From Gemmatimonadales bacterium (GTDB lineage Bacteria > Gemmatimonadota > Gemmatimonadetes > Gemmatimonadales > GWC2-71-9), in contig JBFJHJ010000005.1 in the NCBI GenBank assembly GCA_041613315.1, positions 32,001 to 96,000 of the forward strand: a stretch of 64,000 nucleotides of DNA, given 5' to 3'. Shown here piece after piece: positions 20,749 to 30,860 of the stretch. The translations under genes were made by a program, and so were the position numbers. Positions within the stretch are counted from its first letter, which is position 1; each line of letters opens with the position of its first letter. Below the pieces are notes generated by a model. The model did not search any database and was not told where the DNA came from. It saw nothing but the letters and a program-made list of their open reading frames with translations.

Positions 20749-21120
20749 ATGGCTTCCATCCTCGTGATCGACGACGAGCCCAACATGCGGGCTGCACTCG
20801 AGCGCCATCTCATGGCAGGCGGACATGAGGTGTCCGTCGCGGGCAACGGCGCGGAGGCGATGGAGATGGTCGAGCGGCGCCCCGTCGACCTGGTGATCAC
20901 CGACCTCTACATGCCCGGCATGGACGGCGTCGAGTTCACCATCCGGCTCCGACAAGGCCACCCGGACGTGAAGGTGATCGCCATCTCGGGCGGCGGGTGG
21001 AAGAACAACGCGGAAGCTCTGGAACTCGCTCGCCGGGTCGGGGCGCACCGGACCCTGCCCAAGCCGTTCCAGCAGGACGAGCTCCTCGCTACGGTGGACT
21101 CCGTCCTCGAACGCGAGTGA
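20749..21120 (+). CDS. single-domain response regulator
   Basis: ILVIDD, ITDLYMPGMDG, KPF. Confidence 0.92.
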   Translation: MASILVIDDEPNMRAALERHLMAGGHEVSVAGNGAEAMEMVERRPVDLVITDLYMPGMDGVEFTIRLRQGHPDVKVIAISGGGWKNNAEALELARRVGAHRTLPKPFQQDELLATVDSVLERE

Positions 21121-21146
21121 GAGACGCGTTGGGAGAGGGGCCGACA

Positions 21147-21307
21147 TTTAGGTAGGCTAACTAAATACCTACCCGTCCCGCAGAGACGCAGTGTTCCTGG
21201 CTGGGGCTCTCCGTCTCGATCCCCATTCCGCTTCGGTCCCCTCGGCACAACCTCAGTTTTCCGGGGAGAACTGGCGCGCAGCCCATTCGTTAGTTAGGCT
21301 ACCTAAA
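21147..21307. promoter_or_regulatory. two copies of a palindromic operator (21147-21165 and 21289-21307), probably bound by the adjacent MarR
   Basis: TTTAGGTAGGCTAACTAAA and GTTAGTTAGGCTACCTAAA; the second ends 5 nt before the marR ATG. Confidence 0.65.
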
Positions 21308-21312
21308 CTCAT

Positions 21313-21774
21313 ATGCCGGGCCCGAGACCACGAACCTCCCTGCCTGCCGAGTCGGCCCGACTGGCGGTGGCGAACCGGCTGCACGCGGTGGCGATCCAAC
21401 TGCTCCGCCACCTGCGGCGCGCCGACTTCGACGCCGCGCTGAGCCCCGCCCGGCTCTCGGCGCTCTCCACCCTGGTGTTCGGCGAGCCCCGGACGCTCGG
21501 GGAACTCGCCGCGGCGCAAGGCGTCACGCCCGCGACGATGAGTCGGCTGGTCCGGGGGCTGGAGGACGACGGGTTGGTCGAGCGGCGGGCCGATCCCGGA
21601 GACGGCCGGGCCGTGATCGTTGCCGCGACGCCCGAGGGGGCTCGCATCCTGCTCCAGGCGCGGCGCGAGCGAGTCGAAGATCTCGCCCACCGGCTCGCCG
21701 AGCTCGACGGCCCCACCCTCGACGAGCTGGGGCGGGCGGCGGAGGTCATCGAGCGGGTGTTGCACGCGGACTGA
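21313..21774 (+). CDS. MarR family transcriptional regulator
   Basis: TLGELAAAQGVTPATMSRLVRGLEDDGLVERRADPGDGR. Confidence 0.92.
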   Translation: MPGPRPRTSLPAESARLAVANRLHAVAIQLLRHLRRADFDAALSPARLSALSTLVFGEPRTLGELAAAQGVTPATMSRLVRGLEDDGLVERRADPGDGRAVIVAATPEGARILLQARRERVEDLAHRLAELDGPTLDELGRAAEVIERVLHAD

Positions 21775-21825
21775 CGGGGGTCGACCGCCGAGCCGCGACG
21801 TCCGTCGTGGCCGGCTGCATCGCCC

Positions 21826-22410
21826 TCACCCGTTGTAAATCTCTCCGCCCCGGTCTCGATACGACCGTAGCACCTCGCGCGCCTCGTCCCGCAGCACGCC
21901 CCGCACGATCTCCAGACCCCGGTTTTCGAGATACCGATAGGAGTCGGGGAACACCGGCCCCTCCTCGAAGTTGAGGCGGCTCGCGTCCTCGCGCGCGGCA
22001 CCGGTGACGAGGCGACCCACGCCGCTCCACAGCACCGCACCCAGACACATGGCGCAGGGGTCGCACGAGGTGACCAGCTCGTGCCGAGGCATGCCGTGCG
22101 CGCCCAGCGTGAACGAGTGGAGGCGCGCCTGCGCCATCATGTAGGCCACCATCTCGGCGTGGAGCGCCGAATTGGACGCCGCGACCACCAGGTTCATCCC
22201 CACGGCGACGAGCCGCCCCGACGCTGCCTCGAACACGGCCGCGCCGAACGGCCCGCCGGTCTCACGCTCCACGTTCTCTCGTGCAAGCCGGATCGCCAGG
22301 CGCATGCGATCCTCGACATCGGCGTATCGGCGATCCCACTGCACGACCCGGTGGACCCACGCGGGGTACGCGATGCGGATCTCGAAGGACTCGAATGGCG
22401 CGGGAGACAT
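21826..22410 (-). CDS. nucleoside/nucleobase deaminase (CDA fold)
   Basis: GGPFGAAV, HAE, PCAMC. Confidence 0.9.
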   Translation of the reverse strand: MSPAPFESFEIRIAYPAWVHRVVQWDRRYADVEDRMRLAIRLARENVERETGGPFGAAVFEAASGRLVAVGMNLVVAASNSALHAEMVAYMMAQARLHSFTLGAHGMPRHELVTSCDPCAMCLGAVLWSGVGRLVTGAAREDASRLNFEEGPVFPDSYRYLENRGLEIVRGVLRDEAREVLRSYRDRGGEIYNG

Positions 22411-22539
22411 GGTCGTGGTGGTCCGTAATCCGTTACCCGTCGTGGGCAGAAACGTCGCGGCGGTGCTCGGCCACTGAATATGCATCCGAACCCACAGCCG
22501 TGTAGCTTGCGGAAGCGAACGATGGAGGCGACACCCCGC

Positions 22540-23220
22540 ATGTGTGGGCGGTTCACCCAGGCGCAGATCGCGGAGCTCGACCGGGAGGTGTTCAAGCTGC
22601 TGCACGTCCCGGCGCTGGAGCCTCGATACAACGTGGCTCCCACCCAGCCGGTGGCGGTCATCCGGGAGAGGAACGGCACCAGCCGGCAGCTGGACCTCCT
22701 CCGGTGGGGACTCATCCCCTCCTGGGCGAACGATCCGGCCATCGGCAATCGCCTGATCAACGCCAGAGCCGAGTCGCTGACCGACAAGCCGTCGTTCCGC
22801 GAGGCGTTCGAACGACGTCGCTGTCTGGTTCCTGCCGACGGTTTCTACGAGTGGCAGAAGACCGCGCACGGCAAGCAGCCGATGTATGTTCGGCCCATGG
22901 GAGGTGGCGTCTTCGCGCTCGCGGGTCTCTGGGAGACATGGCACGGACCGGGCACGGGTCCGATCGAGTCATTCACGATCGTGACCACCGAGCCCAACAC
23001 ACTCCTGGCGCCGATCCACGACCGGATGCCCGCGATCCTGGCGGCCGGACAGTACGACCGCTGGCTCGACCCCCACCATCACGACACTCAGGAGTTGCAG
23101 CGGCTGCTCGGGCCCTACCCGTCCGACCGGATGGAGGTGTATCCCGTGGCCAGCTACGTCAACGACCCGAAGAACGATGGGCCTGCCTGCATCGAGCCCG
23201 TCGAGGAGGCTCAATGCTGA
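22540..23220 (+). CDS. SRAP/HMCES abasic-site processing protein
   Basis: MCGRF start, RYNVAP, NARAE, FYEW, HDRMP. Confidence 0.95.
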   Translation: MCGRFTQAQIAELDREVFKLLHVPALEPRYNVAPTQPVAVIRERNGTSRQLDLLRWGLIPSWANDPAIGNRLINARAESLTDKPSFREAFERRRCLVPADGFYEWQKTAHGKQPMYVRPMGGGVFALAGLWETWHGPGTGPIESFTIVTTEPNTLLAPIHDRMPAILAAGQYDRWLDPHHHDTQELQRLLGPYPSDRMEVYPVASYVNDPKNDGPACIEPVEEAQC

Positions 23221-23543
23221 TCACGACGACGCCGCGGGTGGACGGCGCGGAGATCGCCGAGTACTTCGGCATCGTGACCGGGGAGGCGATCCTCGGCGCC
23301 AACATCATCAAGGACTTCTTCGCCGGTATCCGCGACATCGTGGGCGGTCGGTCGGCAGCGTACGAAGCAGAGCTGCGCAAGGCCCGCGACACGGCGATCG
23401 ACGAGATGGCGATGGAAGCGGAAGGGCTGGGCGCCAACGCGGTCGTGGGCGTGGACCTCGACTACGAGACCCTGCAGATGGGCGGCGGTGGCAACATGCT
23501 GATGGTGAGCGCCAGCGGGACGGCCGTGCGGATCGCCTGGTGA
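23214..23543 (+). CDS. YbjQ family protein
   Basis: [26 protein letters not shown]. Confidence 0.92.
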   Translation: MLITTTPRVDGAEIAEYFGIVTGEAILGANIIKDFFAGIRDIVGGRSAAYEAELRKARDTAIDEMAMEAEGLGANAVVGVDLDYETLQMGGGGNMLMVSASGTAVRIAW

Positions 23544-23561
23544 GCGGCGCCCAGCGTCCGA

Positions 23562-25187
23562 TCAAAACGCGAACCCCCGCCCGAAGCTCACGATCCATCG
23601 TTTGCCCTCGAAGCCCTCGCCGAACCGGTAGGCGAGATCGAGCCGCCCGACGTTGGCCCCCGCCGAGCGCGTAGCGCCGAAGCGCAGCCCAAACCCGACG
23701 TCGCCACCGAGGCGCGCCGCCTGGTCCGCGAACCAGGCGCCGCCATAATCCACGAAGCCCGCGAAGCCCAGCCCCAGGATCCCGAGCACCTCGTCGATCA
23801 GGAACGCCCGATGCTCCAGCGCCACCCACACCATCCGCTCACCGGTGAAGGCGTTCGGCCCGAACGCCCGGGGCCCGGGTCCGTGGGCCGCCACCGCGCC
23901 GGCTAACCTCAGGGGGAACGCGTCGGAGCCGCCCCCGTGCCCCAGCGTGAACTCGGCCCCAGGCGGCGTTCCCGAGCGCGCACCTACCTCGGCATGGAGC
24001 ACGGTCGCGTGCCGCGAGACCGGCCGAGCGGCCACGGTGAGGCCGGCCCACACGCGGCCCGAATCGAGCCCCGCCGATGTGAAGAGTCCGGTCGCGCGCG
24101 CTTCCAGCTTGGCGAAGTTCGGGCCGAACGCCGCGCCCGCCTGCGCGCTGATCGCCGGTCCGACACCCGTGGATCGGTACCCGAAGGCCGCCGGGGCCAG
24201 CCAGAGCGTCGCGCGCACGCGCGGACTCAGATCGAGGTCCACGTCTCGATCGAACCCGTCGTAGTGCGTCACCACCGTGAAGCGGGACCGCGCGAACTCG
24301 ATGAACGCGCCGAGGGCGCCGGTCACGGTGTCGGGAACGACGCGTCCGGCGTCGTTCAGGAGCACGTACGCCTCACGCTTCACCTGAGCGGTCGCGCCGA
24401 CGCGGACGTACCCTTCCGGCCCGGCGCGCGGTGCCACGCTGACCTGGGCCGTCTGGAGCAGGAGGCGGCGGCGGTACGTCGTATCGATGACGCCGTCCTT
24501 GAACCGGAGCACGTCTTGGCTCCGGGCCTCGCCCGCGAATCCGAACGACGTCCGGTCGCTGAACGCCATGAAGGGCACGCCGAAACGCCACCCGCCGACC
24601 TCGCCATCGCTCAAGGCATCGTAGGCGCCACCGATCCCGAAGCGTGTCCCCGCGATGCGGTCCATGCCGGCGACGAGCGTCACCGCGTTGCGGTTCGGCT
24701 CCTGGCGATACGTCACCCCCGCTCGCGCTCCGGTGCCCAAGAAGTTCCGCTCCTGGACGCCGACGGCCCAGCTCAGCGTGTCGGCGGTCGAGTTCGCGTT
24801 GAGCACCAGCTCCGTCGTCCACCCGTCCGCGGTCTGGACGAGCACGGTGACGCGGTCGCCTCGGTGCAGCGTGTCGACCTGCACGTCTCGGAAGAGGCCA
24901 CGGCGTCGCAGGTTGCGCAGCGTTTCGGCGACCCGTGCGGAGTCATAGGGCTCGCCTTCTCGGAAGAGCAACTCTTGGCGAACGAGAAAGGGACGGGTCG
25001 TGACGTGGAGGGCGTTGGCGAGGCGGAAGAGGAAGTTGGACTGCGCCTCAGTGGAGTCGAAGACGTTCCGCGTCAGCACGACGATGCTGTCGACGACCGG
25101 CGTCCGCGGCACGTCCTGCGCCCGGGCCTGGGTCAGAGCCGCCAGAAGCAGTCCAACAGCTACGACTGTCACGCCGGGCCAACGCAT
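23562..25187 (-). CDS. Omp85/TamA-like outer-membrane protein with POTRA domain
   Basis: Signal peptide, ELLFREGEPYD..ETLRNLR, GFGLRF, terminal Phe. Confidence 0.75.
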   Translation of the reverse strand: MRWPGVTVVAVGLLLAALTQARAQDVPRTPVVDSIVVLTRNVFDSTEAQSNFLFRLANALHVTTRPFLVRQELLFREGEPYDSARVAETLRNLRRRGLFRDVQVDTLHRGDRVTVLVQTADGWTTELVLNANSTADTLSWAVGVQERNFLGTGARAGVTYRQEPNRNAVTLVAGMDRIAGTRFGIGGAYDALSDGEVGGWRFGVPFMAFSDRTSFGFAGEARSQDVLRFKDGVIDTTYRRRLLLQTAQVSVAPRAGPEGYVRVGATAQVKREAYVLLNDAGRVVPDTVTGALGAFIEFARSRFTVVTHYDGFDRDVDLDLSPRVRATLWLAPAAFGYRSTGVGPAISAQAGAAFGPNFAKLEARATGLFTSAGLDSGRVWAGLTVAARPVSRHATVLHAEVGARSGTPPGAEFTLGHGGGSDAFPLRLAGAVAAHGPGPRAFGPNAFTGERMVWVALEHRAFLIDEVLGILGLGFAGFVDYGGAWFADQAARLGGDVGFGLRFGATRSAGANVGRLDLAYRFGEGFEGKRWIVSFGRGFAF

Positions 25188-25193
25188 GCGCCG

Positions 25194-26024
25194 TCATTCC
25201 CCCCGCTCTCCGAGTTCCGCAATGGACTCGAGCACCCGGTCGGGTCGTACGCGGCTCGAGTGCAGCGCATCGGGCCGGAACTTGCCGGTCCGAACGAGCC
25301 ACCCTCGGAGCCCGGCCCGCTGGGCGCCCTCGACGTCGGACCACAGGTCGTCACCGACCATGATGATCGGTGGACGATCGGTCGTGACCCCCATCGAGGC
25401 CACCGCCGCCCGGAAGAACTCGGGGTTCGGTTTGCCGCAGATGACCGCTTCCCGTTCGGTGGCATATTCCAGCGCGGCCACGTACGCTCCGGCGTCCAGC
25501 TCGATTCCGTCGGCCCCCAGCCAGTACCGCCCCCCTTGAAGGGCCACCAGCCGCGCGCCGTCCATAACATAGCGAAACGCTTCGTTGAGGAGCGCATGGT
25601 CCCAGCGCGCTCCGAGGTCGCCGATCAGCACCGCGTCCGGCCACGGGCCCGTCGTGGGACCGGTCACGCCGCCCAGCAACTCGAACTCGGCGAGATCCTC
25701 CAGCACGTCTTCCGGAACGAACGGCGCCACGGTCCGCACACCGGCCCGCCGCAGGAACGCGGCGCCCGCCATGACCGCCGTGAACACCTCCTCGTCCGCG
25801 ACGTCGAGGCCAAAGCTCACCAGCCGCTCCAGTAGCCGGCGGCGGGGTCGGCGCGTGGTATTGGTGACGAACCGGAAGGGAACGCCCCGGCGCCGCAACT
25901 CTCGTATCGCGGAGTCGGCGCCGGGGATGGGACCTGCCTCGGTGTAGACCGTCCCGTCGAGATCGAGAAGAAACGCGGACGCGGCCTCGATTAGTACTTC
26001 CCGAGGTACGTGTCGATCTCCCAC
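25194..26024 (-). CDS. HAD-IIA hydrolase (start uncertain, overlaps glnA stop)
   Basis: DLDGT, VTNTT, GKP, MVGDD..SD, LVRTGK. Confidence 0.88.
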   Translation of the reverse strand: MGDRHVPREVLIEAASAFLLDLDGTVYTEAGPIPGADSAIRELRRRGVPFRFVTNTTRRPRRRLLERLVSFGLDVADEEVFTAVMAGAAFLRRAGVRTVAPFVPEDVLEDLAEFELLGGVTGPTTGPWPDAVLIGDLGARWDHALLNEAFRYVMDGARLVALQGGRYWLGADGIELDAGAYVAALEYATEREAVICGKPNPEFFRAAVASMGVTTDRPPIIMVGDDLWSDVEGAQRAGLRGWLVRTGKFRPDALHSSRVRPDRVLESIAELGERGE

Positions 26025-27382
26025 TTGCTGACCCTGGCGGAGTACTCGAGCCACTCCTGCCGCTTCGCCTCGACCAGCCGCGCGTAGACATGCTCACCGA
26101 GCGACTCGCGAATCTCCTTGTCCTTCTCCAGGCAGTCGAGGGCCTCATGGAGGTCACGCGGCAGCTCGTCGATCCGGAACCGCCGTCGCTCGCGGTGGCT
26201 CATGCTGAAGATGTTCTTGTTCACCGGATCGGGGGGCGTCAGCTTCCGCTCCACCCCATCGAGCCCCGCCGCGAGCTGCACGGTGAGCGCCAGATAGGGA
26301 TTCGCCGACGGATCGGGCATCCGGAGCTCGCACCGCGTGCCGTGGCCCCGCCGATCCGGGATCCGCACCAACGGCGAACGGTTCCGCATGCTCCATGCGA
26401 CGTTGACCGGCGCCTCGTACCCCGGCACCAGCCGCTTGTAGCTGTTCACCAACGGGTTGGTCACCGCCGCGAACCCGCGGGCGTGCGTGAGGAGCCCCGC
26501 GATGTAGCTGAGCGCCACCCCCGACAACTCCCACTTCTCGGTCGGATCGTAGAACGCGTTCGCCCCGTCCTTGAACAACGACTGGTGCGTGTGCATCCCC
26601 GACCCGTTTTGCCCCTGGATCGGCTTCGGCATAAACGTCGCCAGGAAGCCGTGTCGGTACGCGATGTTCCGCACGATGAACCGGAACGTCGCCAGGTTGT
26701 CGGCGGTCGTGAGAGCGTCCGCGTAGCGGAAGTCCACCTCGTGCTGCCCTGCCGCCACCTCGTGATGGCCAGCCTCCACCTCGAAGCCCATGTGCACCAG
26801 GTCGTGGATGATCAGCCGGCGGATCGGTTCCGCCTTGTCCACCGGCGCGAGGTCGAAGTAGCCCCCGGCATCGTGCGTCTCGACGGTGGGGTCCCCGGCC
26901 GCATCCAGGTGAAAGATGAAGAACTCCGCCTCGCACCCGGCCATCATCTCGTAGCCGAGCGAGCTCGCGCGCTCGATCTGGCGCTTGAGGGTGAGGCGCG
27001 GACATCCGGGGAACGGCGAGTCGTCGGGATTGTAGATGTCGCAGATCAGCCGGGCCACCCGCCCGCCCTCGTCGTCGTACGGGAAGATCTTGAACGTGCT
27101 CAGATCCGGCTTGAGCACCATGTCGCTCTCCTCGATCCGCACGAACCCTTCGATCGAGGATCCGTCGAACATGATGTCGCCCTCGAGCGCCTTCTCGAAC
27201 TGGCTCCGCGGCACTTCGACGTTCTTGTTCACCCCGGTGATGTCGGTGAACTGGAGCCGCAGAAAATCCACACCCCACTCGTCGCTGAGCTTGAGGATGT
27301 CCTGCTTCTGAGCACCACTGGCATCGATGAGCTCACCACGGACACGCGGTTTGTCGGCATGGCTCGGGACGGTGATGGACAC
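25991..27382 (-). CDS. glnA: glutamine synthetase type I family
   Basis: FDGSSIEG, HHEVAAGQHE, TFMPKP, NGSGMH, NSYKRLVPGYEAP, ELRMPDPSANPY. Confidence 0.93.
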   Translation of the reverse strand: MSITVPSHADKPRVRGELIDASGAQKQDILKLSDEWGVDFLRLQFTDITGVNKNVEVPRSQFEKALEGDIMFDGSSIEGFVRIEESDMVLKPDLSTFKIFPYDDEGGRVARLICDIYNPDDSPFPGCPRLTLKRQIERASSLGYEMMAGCEAEFFIFHLDAAGDPTVETHDAGGYFDLAPVDKAEPIRRLIIHDLVHMGFEVEAGHHEVAAGQHEVDFRYADALTTADNLATFRFIVRNIAYRHGFLATFMPKPIQGQNGSGMHTHQSLFKDGANAFYDPTEKWELSGVALSYIAGLLTHARGFAAVTNPLVNSYKRLVPGYEAPVNVAWSMRNRSPLVRIPDRRGHGTRCELRMPDPSANPYLALTVQLAAGLDGVERKLTPPDPVNKNIFSMSHRERRRFRIDELPRDLHEALDCLEKDKEIRESLGEHVYARLVEAKRQEWLEYSARVSKWEIDTYLGKY

Positions 27383-27473
27383 TGGCACGCTCCTCCCTTT
27401 CGGGGTCGGGACTTGGACGCTGATGGGTGGCAGAGGGACCGTGCGGCGCCCTGCAGGGCGCCCACGACGCGGC

Positions 27474-27527
27474 AACCTATTGGGTGGCGCGCCTGGTGTC
27501 AAGCAAATCGTGCAGAATGTGCACGAT
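27474..27527 (-). promoter_or_regulatory. sigma70-type glnA promoter with upstream palindromic operator
   Basis: TTGACA(27502-27497)-N17-TAGGTT(27479-27474); ATCGTGCA-N5-TGCACGAT at 27507-27527. Confidence 0.7.
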
Positions 27528-27639
27528 CCTAGGTACGGTGTGCACAAAGTCAGGCTTTGGGGGTCGAATTGGCACCACTGTCGTGCGGTTTTGGCAGATC
27601 TGGGGAGACGGCGTGTCTGGGTCGAACGGTCGGTTGCCG

Positions 27640-27942
27640 CTATCGGCCCCCCAGGGAGTCGAGCAAGTTCCACAACTCGAGAGCCGAGAACTCGGCGAAG
27701 CGGATCTCGACGTCCTTCTCGGTCCATTCGAGAAAGATCCAGCCCGAGAGCCGATGGATGTTGCCTCCAATGAAGTGAATGCGGCCGCGGATGGCGTCGA
27801 TCGAGGGGTCCTTCACACTCTCCAGCAACACGTTCCAGTGACTATCGCCGCGCACCAGTTCGCCCATCTGCCGCGCCTTGATCGCGCTCAGCGGCGGATC
27901 GAACCGCGAGGATCTCGACGTGCCTTCTGGATCGCGAGACAT
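27640..27942 (-). CDS. hypothetical protein
   Basis: Protein-like composition; TACTGT-N7-ATG suggests a leaderless start. Confidence 0.6.
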   Translation of the reverse strand: MSRDPEGTSRSSRFDPPLSAIKARQMGELVRGDSHWNVLLESVKDPSIDAIRGRIHFIGGNIHRLSGWIFLEWTEKDVEIRFAEFSALELWNLLDSLGGR

Positions 27943-28048
27943 GAGCGCTACAGTAATGTCCAGCAAGGAGCGGCGCCAGCAAACGACGCAACCTTCCTAT
28001 TATACTTCTGCCCGCCCACGACGACCTCCACGTTTCCTGGATGACCTT

Positions 28049-28813
28049 ATGACCGCTTCGTCCGTGTCATGCCCGGCCTGTGGTGCGCCGGCGTCCGGCA
28101 AATTCTGCAACAGCTGCGGCGCCCCGCTCGCCGGCGCGGCCTGCCCCAACTGTGATGCGCCGTTGTCATCGGGCGCCCGGTTCTGTCACCAGTGCGGCAC
28201 GCCCCTCGGCGCGCGGCGCAGCCGGAGCCTGCCGCTGCCGTGGGTGGTGACCGGTGTCGCCATCGTCGCCCTCATCGCCGTGGCCGGCTTCGCCATCGGA
28301 CGCTCCGCGGGCACCGGCGCCACGGCGTCCGCCCCGTCGGCTGCCAGGGGCGGCGGCGGAATCGCACCGGCGTCCGACATCAGCCGGATGACCCCACGCG
28401 AGCAGGCGAACCGTCTCTTCGACCGGGTGATGAGCCTCGCGGAGCGGGGCATCACCGACTCCGTCACGTTCTTCAAGCCGATGGCGATCCAGGCGTACGC
28501 CCTGCTGGGCGCGCCGGACAACGACGCCCGATACGACCTCGGTATGATCCACGCGGTCACGGGCGACTACCCGAGCGCGCTTGCCCAGGCCGACTCGCTG
28601 GACGTCGCCGTGCCGGGCCATCTCCTCGCGAGCGTCATCCGACATGCGGTGGCGGAAGCGCGGAACGATCGCGACACCGCGCGCCGCGCGCAGCAGGCCT
28701 TCCTGCGCAGCTATGCCGAGGAGATCGCGCGCGAGCGCCCCGAGTACGGCGCACACCGGCCCACCCTCGAGGCCTTCGTGGCGGAGGCGCGTCGGGCGGT
28801 CGGCGGCACCTAA
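28049..28813 (+). CDS. double zinc-ribbon membrane protein
   Basis: Four CxxC pairs, one TM helix, helical C-terminal domain. Confidence 0.75.
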   Translation: MTASSVSCPACGAPASGKFCNSCGAPLAGAACPNCDAPLSSGARFCHQCGTPLGARRSRSLPLPWVVTGVAIVALIAVAGFAIGRSAGTGATASAPSAARGGGGIAPASDISRMTPREQANRLFDRVMSLAERGITDSVTFFKPMAIQAYALLGAPDNDARYDLGMIHAVTGDYPSALAQADSLDVAVPGHLLASVIRHAVAEARNDRDTARRAQQAFLRSYAEEIARERPEYGAHRPTLEAFVAEARRAVGGT

Positions 28814-29664
28814 TGCCGACGATCCGGCTGGCCCACAGCCCCGATGCCGACGACGCGTTCATGTTCTACGCGCTCGCCGCGGGCAAGATCGGCACGGGCG
28901 ACCGCCGGTACGAGCATGAGCTTCAAGACATCGAGACGTTGAACCGGCGGGCGCTGGCCGGCGAGTTGGACGTCACGGCGGTCTCGATCCACGCCTACGC
29001 GTATCTCGCCGACCGCTATGCGCTCCTCCCGCACGGCGCGTCCATCGGCGACCGCTACGGGCCCCGACTGGTCGCCGGCCGCCCCCCACCCGAGGACGCC
29101 CGCCACGCGCTCCGCCAGATGCGGGTGGCGATTCCCGGAACGTACACCACCGCCGCCCTGGCCCTCCGGCTCTATGAGCCGGCGCTCAAGACCGAGGTGC
29201 TCCCGTTCGATACTATCGAGGACGCGGTCGCCCGCGGCGCCGTGGACGCCGGCGTCTTGATCCACGAGGGGCAGCTGACGTACGCGGAGCGCGGCCTCCA
29301 CCTTTGGACTGACTTGGGCGCCTGGTGGCACGACGAAACCGGCCTGCCGCTCCCGCTCGGGGGGAACGCCGTGCGGCGCGATCTGGGAGCAAAGCTGATC
29401 CGCCGGATCTCGCGCGACCTTCGGGCCAGCATCGTCTACGGGCTGGCCCACCGCGAGGAGGCGCTGGCCCACGCGCTGCAGTACGCCCGTGGGCTGGACC
29501 GAGCCACCGCGGATCGCTTCGTCGACATGTATGTCAACGCCTTCACCGTGGACTACGGTGAGCGCGGACGGCGAGCCGTGGCAGCCCTGCTCGACCGCGC
29601 CGCCGAGCGGGGCGTGATCCCGCACCGCGTGGACGTGGCGTTCGTGGACGACGGGGGCCCTTGA
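28813..29664 (+). CDS. mqnD: 1,4-dihydroxy-6-naphthoate synthase (futalosine menaquinone pathway)
   Basis: HSPDADDAFMFY, DIETLN, LIHEGQLTY, LPLPLGG, MYVN. Confidence 0.88.
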   Translation: MPTIRLAHSPDADDAFMFYALAAGKIGTGDRRYEHELQDIETLNRRALAGELDVTAVSIHAYAYLADRYALLPHGASIGDRYGPRLVAGRPPPEDARHALRQMRVAIPGTYTTAALALRLYEPALKTEVLPFDTIEDAVARGAVDAGVLIHEGQLTYAERGLHLWTDLGAWWHDETGLPLPLGGNAVRRDLGAKLIRRISRDLRASIVYGLAHREEALAHALQYARGLDRATADRFVDMYVNAFTVDYGERGRRAVAALLDRAAERGVIPHRVDVAFVDDGGP

Positions 29665-29749
29665 CCAGGGTCCAGGGCGACGTTGCCAAGCGGCGCGGGC
29701 GGGTTATTCTAGACCGGTCGGATGGCTCGCGCAGACGATTCGAGCGGAG

Positions 29750-30838
29750 ATGATGACGACACCGAACGGCGAGACCGACACCCCCGTCCGCGTCCTGGTC
29801 GTGGACGACGAGGACGCCTTGCGGAATGCCCTATCCCGCTTCCTCACCGAGCGCGGGTACGAGGTCGCCCAGGCCAGGTCGGGCCGCGACGCCCTCGAAC
29901 AGCTCGGAGCCGAGAAGTTCGCGCTCATGCTGCTCGACATCCGCATGCCGGGTCTGAGTGGCATCGACGTCGTGCCCGAGGCGGTGGAGGCCGATCCCGA
30001 CTTGGCCATTCTGATGCTCACCGCGATGTCGGACGCCACGAGCGCCGCCGTCTGCATGCAGCGGGGCGCGATGGACTACCTCACGAAGCCAGTCGAGCTC
30101 AACGACCTCGCCAATGCGGTGGGCCGTGCGCTCAAGCGACGCGACACCCTGTTGCAGAATCGACAGATCTCGTCGTGGCTCAAGGAGGAGGTCCAGCGCC
30201 GAACCCGGGAGCTCGAGCGCGAGCGCCGTAAACAGCAGGAGCTCACCGTGGCGACGCTCGAGGCGCTCATCAACGCGCTGGAGGCGAAGAACGTGTACCT
30301 CGCCGGTCACTCGGCCCGCGTCGCCGCCCTGTGCGCCACGATCGCGCACGAGCTGGAACTAGCCGACGAAGACATCGACCAGATCCGCATGGCGGGTCGG
30401 TTGCACGACCTCGGCAAGATCGGGGTCCGGGAAGAAGTCCTCAACAAGGGTGGCCCGCTCACGGAAGAGGAATATCAGCACGTGCAGTCACACGTCACGA
30501 TCGGGGCGCAGATTCTGTCGCCGTTGACCCACCTGGGGCCGATCGTGGACTACGTGCGACACCACCACGAGCACTGGGACGGCAGCGGCTACCCCGACGG
30601 CCTGGCAGGCGAGAAAATCCCGATCGGCGCCCGCATCATCGGTGCCGGGGAGGTGTACGACGCGCTGAGCACGGCCCGCCCTTACCAGGACCAGTTGACG
30701 CCCGAAGAGGCCGTCGAACGGTTGCGGGCACTGGTGGGCAAGGTGATCGACCCCGGTGTCATGGAAGCCCTCGCCCGGGCCGTGGCCCGGCGCCAGACCT
30801 TGGTCTTCATCCACGACGATCACCCGGCGCGGGAATAA
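29750..30838 (+). CDS. response regulator with HD-GYP phosphodiesterase domain
   Basis: Receiver domain plus HSARV, LHDLGKIG, HHEHWDGSGYP. Confidence 0.92.
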   Translation: MMTTPNGETDTPVRVLVVDDEDALRNALSRFLTERGYEVAQARSGRDALEQLGAEKFALMLLDIRMPGLSGIDVVPEAVEADPDLAILMLTAMSDATSAAVCMQRGAMDYLTKPVELNDLANAVGRALKRRDTLLQNRQISSWLKEEVQRRTRELERERRKQQELTVATLEALINALEAKNVYLAGHSARVAALCATIAHELELADEDIDQIRMAGRLHDLGKIGVREEVLNKGGPLTEEEYQHVQSHVTIGAQILSPLTHLGPIVDYVRHHHEHWDGSGYPDGLAGEKIPIGARIIGAGEVYDALSTARPYQDQLTPEEAVERLRALVGKVIDPGVMEALARAVARRQTLVFIHDDHPARE

Positions 30839-30860
30839 CCGGCGCGGCGGCGCGGCGGCG

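Noticed and set aside
27570..27590. TGGCAC as a sigma54 promoter for glnA
   Set aside because: Wrong strand and no TTGC at the required spacing
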